Shown here piece by piece: positions 29,205-36,946 of a stretch of DNA of 64,000 nt (position 1 is the first letter of the stretch; each line of letters begins with the position of its first letter). The position numbers and the translations under genes are program-made. This DNA is from a virus (Duplodnaviria > Heunggongvirae > Uroviricota > Caudoviricetes), in the IMG/VR virus record IMGVR_UViG_2974628062_000001, positions 44,794 to 108,793 of that record. One strand, 5' to 3'. The notes under the pieces were generated by a model. It worked only from the letters and a program-made list of their open reading frames with translations, was not told the origin of the DNA and ran no database searches.

Positions 29205-29357
29205 ATGACACCGGAACAGCATGAAGCATTCAAGGCTCGTGCAGAAGCGGCGGGTATCCCGATGAGCTTCCCTGAAGTCACAGAAGAGCGCAAGGAAGAG
29301 ATTCGACAGTACTTCCGAGACAACCCTCCAGTTGACTATCTGTCCTTGATGAAGTAA
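29205..29357 (+). CDS. hypothetical small protein
   Basis: 50 aa ORF below track threshold. Confidence 0.3.
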   Translation: MTPEQHEAFKARAEAAGIPMSFPEVTEERKEEIRQYFRDNPPVDYLSLMK

Positions 29358-29368
29358 GATGGTAGTAC

Positions 29369-29380
29369 CGCCCGAAAGGG
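29369..29380 (+). other. GC tetraloop hairpin 4 nt upstream of tRNA-Tyr
   Basis: gccc-gaaa-gggc. Confidence 0.5.
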
Positions 29381-29384
29381 CAAT

Positions 29385-29470
29385 GGATGTATAACGCGTA
29401 ATTGGTAGCGCCACGGCCTGTAAAGCCGTTGTCCGAAAGGGCTCTGGGGGTTCAAGTCCCTCTGCATCCA
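29385..29470 (+). tRNA. tRNA-Tyr(GUA), long variable arm
   Basis: acceptor ggatgta/tgcatcc; anticodon stem acggc/gccgt, loop ctgtaaa. Confidence 0.8.
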
Positions 29471-29472
29471 CT

Positions 29473-29544
29473 GTGTCGGTAGCTTAATGGTAGAGCGTTG
29501 CGTTGTGGTCGCAATGGTTGCGGGTTCAAATCCCGTCCGACACC
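29473..29544 (+). tRNA. tRNA-His(GUG), possibly genome-encoded CCA
   Basis: acceptor gtgtcgg/ccgacac perfect; anticodon loop ttgtggt; followed by C then CCA. Confidence 0.75.
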
Positions 29545-29547
29545 CCA

Positions 29548-29618
29548 GTCCCTATGTGCGAGAGGCTAGCAAGCAGTCTGCAAAACTGTACACGTCGGTT
29601 CGAATCCGACTAGGGGCT
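29548..29618 (+). tRNA. tRNA-Cys(GCA)
   Basis: acceptor gtcccta/taggggc; anticodon stem gcagt/actgt, loop ctgcaaa. Confidence 0.65.
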
Positions 29619-29639
29619 CTATACATTCCCCACCTGAAT

Positions 29640-29975
29640 GTAGAAGGTGAGTCTGGACCTTTCCAGCTAAATGAATTAGATTCAGCCTGTGTAAGTGGTA
29701 CGGGACTCCTCTAGCAGGGAGATTTGCCCAAGGAAATAAGCCCGTGAAAGTCCTTGGCACCACAGACTAACATGTGCTAGCATGGTGGTGGTTCCGAAGA
29801 AGAGATTAGTCACCTCCATTCGGTTTTGTTATTGGGAACTGACGGACTATGTCCTAAGCCCTAAAGGGTGTTTCACCAGTCGTCACCTTGTAAATCTAGG
29901 CTGGAGCGGGTAATGTAAGTCAGGGGCGTGGAGCCCAAACCTTACAGAATGGCCAAGGTTAGTCACCTTCCCGTG
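29640..29975 (+). ncRNA. rnpB: candidate RNase P RNA (rnpB-like, type A-like)
   Basis: ~335 nt ORF-free; GAAAGUCC-UUGGCACCACAG resembles P4/CR-I GGAAAGUCCGGGCUCCAUAG; 3' ACAGAAUGGCCAAGGUUAGUCACC resembles ACAGAACCCGGCUUAUCGGUCAG with covarying CCUUGG/CCAAGG; terminal gaaggtgagt pairs agtcaccttc. Confidence 0.5.
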
Positions 29976-30018
29976 AGATAACTCGTGGTACCCCATCACA
30001 CGTAAACCTGGGGCACAT

Positions 30019-30093
30019 TCCTCCGTAGCATAACGGCAGTGCAGCAGACTGTTAATCTGTACAGTCCTGGTTCGAATCCAGGCGGGGGAGCCA
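30019..30093 (+). tRNA. tRNA-Asn(GUU) with encoded CCA
   Basis: acceptor tcctccg/cggggga; anticodon loop ctgttaa; 3' GCCA. Confidence 0.75.
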
Positions 30094-30227
30094 CACGCAC
30101 AGAATTGCGACAAGAACGGATTTGGAACTCACATAATAACCATGGTAAAAGTGAGGAAAGATGAAGGGGAGATAGTGAAGAGCGGTGGGGCTGCGTAATG
30201 GCGGCTATGCCACCCGCGTGGGACCAA

Positions 30228-30298
30228 GCCTCTATGGTGTAAGGGATGCACAATAGTCTTCGGAACTATTAGTCCGGGTTCGAATCCTGGTGGGGGTA
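30228..30298 (+). tRNA. tRNA-Arg(UCG)-like, wobble-rich acceptor
   Basis: anticodon stem atagt/actat perfect, loop cttcgga; acceptor gcctcta/tgggggt has 3 G-U. Confidence 0.45.
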
Positions 30299-30300
30299 CT

Positions 30301-30338
30301 AGCCGATAATTCCAAATGAATTATCGGCTTTCTTTATA
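30301..30338 (+). terminator. intrinsic terminator inside tRNA island
   Basis: 11-bp stem agccgataatt/aattatcggct then TTCTTTAT. Confidence 0.65.
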
Positions 30339-30339
30339 G

Positions 30340-30411
30340 GCTCTTGAAGTTCAATGGATGAACAACTCCCTCCTAAGGAGCAGGTTGCTGGTTCGAATCC
30401 AGTCAGGAGCA
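30340..30411 (+). tRNA. tRNA-Arg(CCU)
   Basis: acceptor gctcttg/caggagc; D stem gttc/gaac; anticodon loop ctcctaa. Confidence 0.65.
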
Positions 30412-30415
30412 CTGC

Positions 30416-30512
30416 AAAGAGTAAATGGGGGTACTGTGGTTCGACTCCACAGGTCTAGGGGTCTAGTTTAAAATCATGGCCAGAGCCGAAGGTTCGATTC
30501 CTTCACTCTTTG
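30416..30512 (+). ncRNA. tRNA-like element with two T-arm hairpins (97 nt)
   Basis: acceptor-like aaagagt/actcttt perfect 7 bp; ctgtggTTCGACTccacag and gaaggTTCGATTccttc. Confidence 0.4.
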
Positions 30513-30786
30513 CTCAAGGGGTAGCTTGGTTTCGACTTTGCTAATCAGGAATATAGACGCAGCCGTTCTTTGGTAAGAGAACTGAAACAGACCAAACACA
30601 TAAATGCAAACTCTAAGAATGCATCTGCCTACGCCCTAGCGGCGTGATGGCCGGGTTAGTGGGGGACCTAGGAACAGAATGCCCCACCCAAAACAGCTCT
30701 CCGGAGCACTTGTGAAGATTGTGTGCAACACCTAGTAGTGTGATTGACATGGCTGTACATCGGATATATGCTAGATAGTGAAGGAC

Positions 30787-30811
30787 GCGGGTTCGACTCC
30801 CGCCTACTCCA
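30787..30811 (+). other. orphan tRNA T-arm + 3' acceptor strand; only 5' partner is ggggtag at 30518
   Basis: gcgggTTCGACTcccgc then ctactcc A. Confidence 0.4.
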
Positions 30812-30826
30812 CAAGATAGGAAGAAA

Positions 30827-31006
30827 ATGAAAGTATCAAATCTCTACATCTACGGTTCCAGTGAGTTCCTTCGTAGACTAGAAGAAGAGTACGTATTCCT
30901 GGGAAGGTCTGTTAGACTTGAAGAGGACCGACTTATCGTCTTCGCACTTCCGCGAAGGAAGAAGAACACCAAGAAGTCTCCCAAGGGCAAGTCACGCAGG
31001 CGTTGA
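30827..31006 (+). CDS. hypothetical small basic protein
   Basis: 59 aa; RBS AGGAAG; basic C-tail. Confidence 0.35.
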   Translation: MKVSNLYIYGSSEFLRRLEEEYVFLGRSVRLEEDRLIVFALPRRKKNTKKSPKGKSRRR

Positions 31007-31585
31007 CAAAGCCGGACGGGGTTTGATAGACTTCTATTGGTCAGCACGAAAGAGTTGACCAAGCTTGTACTGAACAACCATACGGCGTAAGCCCGGCAAG
31101 GCGTCACGGCCAAACCGGCAGACCAAAATTTCCTGGCCAAGGGTGGTTGACTCGGTATTGACAGTTCGCACGTGACTCTGATACTGTCAAGTTGTAGCAC
31201 ACGGACAAGGCTTAGGCGGATGAAACAAGCCGGTGGGATGCGAGTGGTGATGCTACAATAAACGGGAAGTAAGCCATCTATACCTACGACACTGCTTCCT
31301 AAGTTGTCACCCATAAGGTCATAAACCGTGAGGGAAACCACAGCGGATAATCTTTCCCAGCTAGGTATAGACGTGGGGACCTGAGGGTGATAAGCTTCTA
31401 CAGCAGGCAGGTCGAACGCCTTAGACAAGTATTCAGGGCACTGAACAAGCACGTAACACCCATTCGACAGGGTACAAAGTTACCGCCTGATTGAATACAT
31501 GCTGTAGGCTGTGAGGGTAACCGGAAATGCTCTCACAAGCTTCCTTTGTAAGCTTCAAATATTGCCAATCAAACAAAGGATTACC

Positions 31586-32497
31586 ATGCTGTACATTGTT
31601 CTCGCAAGTATTCTGGTTATTGCAATTCTCATCCTTGGGGCTATGTTCCTCTTCGGAAAGAATCCTGACAATGACTATGGTGTCCCAGTCAAGTCCATTG
31701 GTCTTGTTGGCGGCATCGTTGCAACGGTCGCGCTTCTTCTTCTGACTTTCTTCATGTCGCTTACCACTGTTGGTGCGCGTTCTGTTGGAATTCAGACGGC
31801 ATTCGGTCGTTACCAGAACACTCTCGATAACGGTCTTCAGTTGACCGCTCCGTGGTCCTCTACTGAGGAGTTCTCTACCCAGGTTCAGTACCTTGACCTT
31901 GACTCTACTGATGGTGGAGATGACGCTGTAAGCGTTACTTTCAAGGGCGGTGGCGGTGGTACCGTTTCGCTCACCCCTCGTTGGTCTATCAATGAGGACA
32001 AGGCGGAAGACCTGTGGAAGAAGTACAAGACGTTTGACAAGGTTCGTAATCAGCTCGTGAATTCTTCTGCGAAGGATTCTGTTCGTGTGGTAGTGTCCAA
32101 GTACACTCCGAATGACGCTCGTGATGGTGAGAATCTTCGTCCGATTGCTGACGAGATTCAGAGGGACCTTGCTCAGTCTCTTGCTGATGACGGAGTGAAC
32201 ATTGACTCTGTTAGCATCAAGAAGATTACGCTTGACGCTCGTTCTCAGGCTTCTCTTGATAAGATTGTTGAGGCTAACAACAACGTCGAGCGTGCAAAGG
32301 CTGAGCGTGAGCGTGCCAAGATTGACGCTGAGACTGCTAAGATTCGTGAGCAGTCGGGTCAGCTTTCCGAGAAGGCTGCACAGCGTTTCTGCCTTGAGAT
32401 GATGAACAACTGGGATGTAAAGAAGAACGGTCCTCTTCAGGCCGGTTTTGTTTGCCCCGGTACTAATTCTTCGGGCTACGTGACTACTAACAAGTAA
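31586..32497 (+). CDS. SPFH/band-7 (prohibitin/HflK-like) membrane protein
   Basis: N-terminal TM then TTVGARSVGIQTAFGRYQNTLDNGLQLTAPW band-7 pattern; start at internal ATG 31586. Confidence 0.6.
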   Translation: MLYIVLASILVIAILILGAMFLFGKNPDNDYGVPVKSIGLVGGIVATVALLLLTFFMSLTTVGARSVGIQTAFGRYQNTLDNGLQLTAPWSSTEEFSTQVQYLDLDSTDGGDDAVSVTFKGGGGGTVSLTPRWSINEDKAEDLWKKYKTFDKVRNQLVNSSAKDSVRVVVSKYTPNDARDGENLRPIADEIQRDLAQSLADDGVNIDSVSIKKITLDARSQASLDKIVEANNNVERAKAERERAKIDAETAKIREQSGQLSEKAAQRFCLEMMNNWDVKKNGPLQAGFVCPGTNSSGYVTTNK

Positions 32498-32504
32498 GTC
32501 ACAG

Positions 32505-32527
32505 CGGGGGTAAAACCCCGCAAGCTT
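32505..32527 (+). repeat. GC hairpin + AAGCTT intergenic motif
   Basis: cggggg-taaaa-ccccg, C, AAGCTT. Confidence 0.6.
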
Positions 32528-32550
32528 ACCAAATTCAAGCTATAGGAGAT

Positions 32551-32925
32551 ATGATGGCTACTGCCAAGGAACGTGGACACAAGGACTGGGGATTTGGCGG
32601 GGTTGTTAAGCGAGACTTCAAGGCTGACAAGTCCGATGGAGAATACGGAAGTCCTCGTGATTACGGAAAGCGCTGGTACTCCAACACTAAGCGACACTCA
32701 CCTAAGCGTAAGAAGGACACTAAGCGCTGGTGCAAGGGAATTGAGGGTCGTGAGCACATTTGGGCTCTTTACAAGAAGTATGACTTTGGAAACTGGTGGG
32801 AATACCGTTGCGATAACTGCCGTAAGGAGCTTTGGGGAAACCCCAAGCACGGTTTCGTAAAGAAGATTTCTTACCGCTCCAATGACGAATACGACATTAT
32901 TCCTGTGTCTGAGTTGAAGTCTTAG
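32551..32925 (+). CDS. hypothetical Cys/His-rich protein
   Basis: RBS AGGAG; CKGIEGREH..CDNC. Confidence 0.45.
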   Translation: MMATAKERGHKDWGFGGVVKRDFKADKSDGEYGSPRDYGKRWYSNTKRHSPKRKKDTKRWCKGIEGREHIWALYKKYDFGNWWEYRCDNCRKELWGNPKHGFVKKISYRSNDEYDIIPVSELKS

Positions 32926-32968
32926 TCAACTAGTTGGACACACAATCTCTCTGGCCGTATAATGGAGA

Positions 32969-33412
32969 ATGAATCCATCAAGTTGGGAGGAAATTATGAG
33001 CGATACATTCCTAGAACAAATGGGATTTAAGTTCATTGCCGACCTTTTGACGGAAATCCGAAATGGCCAGATGAGATTGGAGGAAACCATGGCAGACCTA
33101 CAGACAGAAGTTGCAGAACTTCGTGATGCAGTTTCAGGCGTGTCAGCACGTGTTGACGCACTCGTTGGACCACTTACGGATGCCGTACGAGAGGCACAGG
33201 ACGCACTTGCAGCAGAGCGTGAGGCAGCAGCAAATCTAGCAGCAGCGGAAGATGCTGAGGACGTTGAGCAGAACCGTCAGCTAGAGGAGGCTCGTGCAGC
33301 TACAGATGCAGCCCTAGCAAATGCACAGCAGGCAGCAGATGAAATCAGTGCTGAGACTGACCGACTAAATGCAGTCGCACAGCCAGCAAATCCTGAGACC
33401 CCTCAGGCGTAA
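32969..33412 (+). CDS. hypothetical coiled-coil protein
   Basis: Ala/Glu-rich heptad-like sequence. Confidence 0.45.
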   Translation: MNPSSWEEIMSDTFLEQMGFKFIADLLTEIRNGQMRLEETMADLQTEVAELRDAVSGVSARVDALVGPLTDAVREAQDALAAEREAAANLAAAEDAEDVEQNRQLEEARAATDAALANAQQAADEISAETDRLNAVAQPANPETPQA

Positions 33413-33437
33413 TTGACGATATAACTAAATATTCAGA

Positions 33438-33468
33438 GCCCCGCCTTTTTGGCGGGGTTTCTGCTTTA
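33438..33468 (+). terminator. canonical intrinsic terminator
   Basis: ccccgcc-ttttt-ggcgggg then TTTCTGCTTT. Confidence 0.7.
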
Positions 33469-33477
33469 GGGGATTCA

Positions 33478-33735
33478 ATGAAGAGCAGAAAGAAATTCCT
33501 CTGTCTTGACTGTGGAGTAGATACAGGTAAGATAGGAGAACACTACATGTTGATTGATGAGGTCTGGTCCTTGACAGGCTTGGGTCCTATCGGTATGCTT
33601 TGTGTTGAACACGTTGAAGAGCGTATTGGCAGGGAGCTTGTCAGCGCTGACTTCAATGATTCGTATCTCAACAATGCCCGAACGGGCATTATCAGCCAGA
33701 GACTTGCAGAACGTATGGGTCTTCTGGTAAGATAG
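33478..33735 (+). CDS. hypothetical zinc-ribbon protein
   Basis: CLDCG...C..H. Confidence 0.4.
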   Translation: MKSRKKFLCLDCGVDTGKIGEHYMLIDEVWSLTGLGPIGMLCVEHVEERIGRELVSADFNDSYLNNARTGIISQRLAERMGLLVR

Positions 33736-33742
33736 TTCTATC

Positions 33743-33754
33743 GCCCTTCGGGGC
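33743..33754 (+). other. GC tetraloop hairpin 3 nt upstream of tRNA-Leu
   Basis: gccc-ttcg-gggc. Confidence 0.5.
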
Positions 33755-33757
33755 AAT

Positions 33758-33842
33758 GCACATGTGGCGGAATGGTATACGCGCTACGTTGAGGTCGTAG
33801 TCTCTGAAATACGGGATGCAGGTTCGACTCCTGTCATGTGCA
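33758..33842 (+). tRNA. tRNA-Leu(GAG), long variable arm
   Basis: acceptor gcacatg/catgtgc perfect; anticodon stem ctacg/cgtag, loop ttgaggt. Confidence 0.8.
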
Positions 33843-34032
33843 CATGTCTCTTAGAGTAGGTCAACAAATTGTCGTTGCTCAATTCGTCAGGAAGGGAATT
33901 GAATACTCTGGAAGAAAGGGCTTTGTAGAAATCGCACAAAGCCGGGGCAGAATCACAGTCCTATTGTATAAGACGGATACAATGCCAGAATGTACGATTG
34001 ATATGCACGAACGAAACGTAAGGACTGTATAG
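33838..34032 (+). CDS. hypothetical protein (start overlaps tRNA 3' end)
   Basis: ORF track. Confidence 0.3.
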   Translation: MHMSLRVGQQIVVAQFVRKGIEYSGRKGFVEIAQSRGRITVLLYKTDTMPECTIDMHERNVRTV

Positions 34033-34310
34033 TGAGCTACATCGTTTATCGTGACGTTTTCGGTATGGAGCAGGATGACCCCCTGCTTGACAAGGTTGAT
34101 AAGCTCGATGATAAGATTATCGAGAAGTATCAACAGGGTTGGGTTGATGATGAATTCGGGGCGGGTATGAGTCTGCAAGAGGCAGAGGAATACATTAAGT
34201 CTCAAGAATACAATTGTTGGCCTCCCCCAGAGCCTCGCAGTTACGATACACTCCTTATCCTTGTACAGATGATTAAGAACGGGGAAATCGATATCAATGG
34301 GTATCTTTAA
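34032..34310 (+). CDS. hypothetical protein
   Basis: ORF track. Confidence 0.4.
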   Translation: MSYIVYRDVFGMEQDDPLLDKVDKLDDKIIEKYQQGWVDDEFGAGMSLQEAEEYIKSQEYNCWPPPEPRSYDTLLILVQMIKNGEIDINGYL

Positions 34311-34467
34311 CCGAGACGGATTCAAGAACGGTCAAAAGGTATACATTCCAAAGATGGGGCAGTATGGCGTTGTAAGGATGAAGCGTGGTGGCCTCATTAA
34401 GGTAAAGCCATACAAGAGTGACAATGAAATTTGGGTTCATCCACACGAAATTGAGGATGGACGCTAA
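34297..34467 (+). CDS. hypothetical small protein
   Basis: 56 aa ORF below track threshold. Confidence 0.3.
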   Translation: MGIFNRDGFKNGQKVYIPKMGQYGVVRMKRGGLIKVKPYKSDNEIWVHPHEIEDGR

Positions 34468-34479
34468 GCCCGAAAGGGC
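34468..34479 (+). other. GC tetraloop hairpin 2 nt upstream of tRNA-Ser
   Basis: gccc-gaaa-gggc. Confidence 0.5.
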
Positions 34480-34481
34480 AT

Positions 34482-34570
34482 GGAAGAGCAAGCCAATTGG
34501 AGATGGCACCCGACTGCTAATCGGACGAGTCCAGAAATGGGCCTTGCGAGTTCGACTCTCGTCTCTTCCG
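34482..34570 (+). tRNA. tRNA-Ser(GCU), long variable arm
   Basis: acceptor ggaagag/ctcttcc perfect; anticodon stem ccga/tcgg, loop ctgctaa. Confidence 0.75.
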
Positions 34571-34602
34571 CTTATGGTTCGAATCTATGATATAATTGAA
34601 CC

Positions 34603-34968
34603 ATGCCATATAAAGATGTTGAAAAGCAGCGCGCGGCTCAAAGAGCCTACTACGAAAAGAACAAAGAGCGTGTGAAGCAAGTAGCTAGAGATAGACGCTC
34701 ACATGTGAGAAAGTATGTGCAGGAATATAAGCAGTCACGTGGTTGCATCGATTGTGGAATCATGTATCCATATTGGGTGCTAGAGTTTGACCATTGTCGT
34801 GGTGAGAAGATTGCTCACGTCACAACTATGATTACAACACACTCGTTTGATGAAGTTAAGAATGAAATTGAAAAATGTGATGTTGTCTGTGCAAATTGTC
34901 ATAAAGATAGAACATACCAGAGATTGGTAACATCTGGTGCTTCTGTGTTGGATGTTGTTGACATCTAA
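34603..34968 (+). CDS. HNH endonuclease
   Basis: CIDCG..EFDHCRGEK..CANCH. Confidence 0.7.
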   Translation: MPYKDVEKQRAAQRAYYEKNKERVKQVARDRRSHVRKYVQEYKQSRGCIDCGIMYPYWVLEFDHCRGEKIAHVTTMITTHSFDEVKNEIEKCDVVCANCHKDRTYQRLVTSGASVLDVVDI

Positions 34969-35011
34969 TGTCAAGCTGCTACCCTATGTAGAACCGTGTA
35001 GGGGCTATGCA

Positions 35012-35365
35012 ATGTACCACGGGGTTGGTATCCCGAACGGTTCAAGCTATAATGATGCTATGGAGATTAATAAGCATCGTTACGAGGGGAGCTTTGTCAG
35101 GCGTCACAGTCTGTCTCTGGCTCTCCTTTTTGTTTTCTTGCTCCAGTCAGTCATCGTATGGTACAGTGGCTACTCAGATTGGAAGCAAGACCAGATTACA
35201 CACCATCAAGATGTTGCAATTTGGCCGGGTTTCGTGATTTACTACCTGTACCAGATGTCAGTCAGCATTGTAGCAGATACATATGGAGCATTGCTTCTGG
35301 TACTATTTGCTAAATGGTTTTACGAAAAGGGAAGTCCAGAGTCAAACGACGAGGAGAAGAAATGA
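35012..35365 (+). CDS. hypothetical membrane protein
   Basis: two hydrophobic segments; 35007 frame is an alternative. Confidence 0.4.
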   Translation: MYHGVGIPNGSSYNDAMEINKHRYEGSFVRRHSLSLALLFVFLLQSVIVWYSGYSDWKQDQITHHQDVAIWPGFVIYYLYQMSVSIVADTYGALLLVLFAKWFYEKGSPESNDEEKK

Positions 35366-36411
35366 CTCACGTTTCCGCAATTTTCTCAGTTGAGGAGTTG
35401 CAGAAGGCAATTGAAGACGGTTGGGTTCGAGTTCAGACGAATGAGGACAACACTCTTTCGATTTACAATTATACGGAAGCCGCGCAATACCGTCGTTACT
35501 GGAATGATGTAACGCTGAATTGTCGGGGTTTGATTCTCGACAATGACATGAACATTGTTGCCCGTCCGTGGAAGAAGTTCTTCAATTATGGAGAGCGCCC
35601 ATTGAACATTTCCACAGATGACCCGGTTGAGGTAACGGACAAGAAGGATGGCTCTTTGGGCATTCTTTATCGTCACCCGATGACTGGTGATTGGGAGGTT
35701 GCGACTCGTGGGTCTTTCCTTTCTGAGCAGGCTATTCACGCAACTGCACTCTTCAATGACCGATACAGCCACATTGCGATTCCAACTGAGGGATTGACTT
35801 GTCTCTTTGAGATTGTTTACCCTGAGAACCGCATTGTTCTGGACTATGGTGAGATGGATGACCTTATCCTTCTTGGTTCTGTTCAGAACAAGTATGGTTG
35901 GTACTATGGTCCGAACGAGACAGCAGCCATGGTGAACTGGACTGGTCCTGTCACTGAGGTGTTCGAGTACCGAACCATGAACGAGGCATTCGCAGACTAC
36001 CGTCCAAATGCAGAGGGTCTGGTAATTCGGGCGGGTAGTGAGATGCTGAAGTTGAAGCAGGCAGATTACGTAGCTTTGCACAAGCTCGTCACGGGTCTGA
36101 ATGAGCGTGCAGTATGGGAGCGCTTGCGTGACGGGGAGACTCGTGATAGCATCTGTGCATCGCTTCCCGACGAGTTCCACGGATTCGTTGACAAGGTTGC
36201 TGATGAGTTGGAGCAGAAGTTCAAGGACATCTACTTGACAGCTCACCAGAACTACTGTACTGTTCTCAACAAGATGAAGGCAGGATACAGCCGCAAGGAC
36301 TTTGCTCTTGAGGCAATCAAGTATCCTAACCCTTCGCTTCTGTTCAATTTCCTTGACAACAAGTCGAATCGTCAGTCAGTATGGGATATGATTCGACCGA
36401 AGGGTGAGTAA
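35362..36411 (+). CDS. rnlA: RNA ligase 1-like (T4 RnlA-like) tRNA repair ligase
   Basis: RBS GAGGAG; motif I KKDGSL matches T4 Rnl1 KEDGSL; directly upstream of Pnkp. Confidence 0.65.
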   Translation: MTHVSAIFSVEELQKAIEDGWVRVQTNEDNTLSIYNYTEAAQYRRYWNDVTLNCRGLILDNDMNIVARPWKKFFNYGERPLNISTDDPVEVTDKKDGSLGILYRHPMTGDWEVATRGSFLSEQAIHATALFNDRYSHIAIPTEGLTCLFEIVYPENRIVLDYGEMDDLILLGSVQNKYGWYYGPNETAAMVNWTGPVTEVFEYRTMNEAFADYRPNAEGLVIRAGSEMLKLKQADYVALHKLVTGLNERAVWERLRDGETRDSICASLPDEFHGFVDKVADELEQKFKDIYLTAHQNYCTVLNKMKAGYSRKDFALEAIKYPNPSLLFNFLDNKSNRQSVWDMIRPKGE

Positions 36412-36641
36412 TGGACTGGCAAGTCAAGGTCTTCCTTATCTGTATCGCTATCAGTGTTGTTTGCAAGATTGGAACGATTCTGCTAAGTTCTACAGAGACA
36501 GAAGAGCCTGAGGTTGTGGTTCCAATGAATCGCCAACAGAGGCGACACCCTAATGGCAAGGTTCCTGCTCAGCGATTCCAGCGCGTAAGTGCTAAGGGTC
36601 GTCAGAAGCAGGGCAACAATCGAGCCATCAAGGGCTGGTAG
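36411..36641 (+). CDS. hypothetical small membrane/basic protein
   Basis: ORF track. Confidence 0.35.
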   Translation: MDWQVKVFLICIAISVVCKIGTILLSSTETEEPEVVVPMNRQQRRHPNGKVPAQRFQRVSAKGRQKQGNNRAIKGW

Positions 36642-36644
36642 TAT

Positions 36645-36678
36645 AGCTGGGGAGGCGGAAACAAATCCCCAGCAAGCT
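36645..36678 (+). repeat. GC hairpin + AAGCTT intergenic motif
   Basis: gctgggga...tccccagc then AAGCTT. Confidence 0.6.
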
Positions 36679-36697
36679 TGTCTAACAAAGGAATAAA

Positions 36698-36946
36698 ATG
36701 AATTACGAAGAGATTATCGACGGCTACAATGACCTTCGGGAAAAGTGTCTGGAGTTGGCAAAGGCTGACAGTGATAATCTGATGCTTGAGGGTGCATGGT
36801 TCAAGAGCGTTATCATTGAATCGGATGTTACTCTTGATTATTCAGAGAGTGGTATTCATGGTCATGGACACGCCTATACTTGTCAAACCATGAGTCTTGA
36901 GTACTTTAGCTTCATTATCCCGTTCGAGCTTCTTGAGGAGAAGTAA
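36698..36946 (+). CDS. hypothetical protein
   Basis: RBS AAGGAA. Confidence 0.4.
   Translation: MNYEEIIDGYNDLREKCLELAKADSDNLMLEGAWFKSVIIESDVTLDYSESGIHGHGHAYTCQTMSLEYFSFIIPFELLEEK

Noticed and set aside
29620-30018. group I intron or tmRNA interpretation of the 29.6-30.0 kb noncoding block
   Set aside because: No tRNA-Ala-like acceptor plus tag ORF, and no clear P7/P3 group I core. The RNase P-like boxes fit better, so it is reported as an RNase P RNA candidate instead.
19665-30411. CRISPR array
   Set aside because: The repeats in the island are structured RNA-like elements of variable sequence with internal T-arm hairpins. They are not uniform direct repeats with unique spacers.
30850-31452. 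200-aa minus-strand ORF in the long noncoding region
   Set aside because: No RBS, motif or coding-like composition. It overlaps a + strand small ORF with a good RBS. Kept as noncoding, though this is less certain than the other rejections.
35386-36246. 286-aa minus-strand ORF
   Set aside because: Antisense to the Rnl1-like ligase gene.
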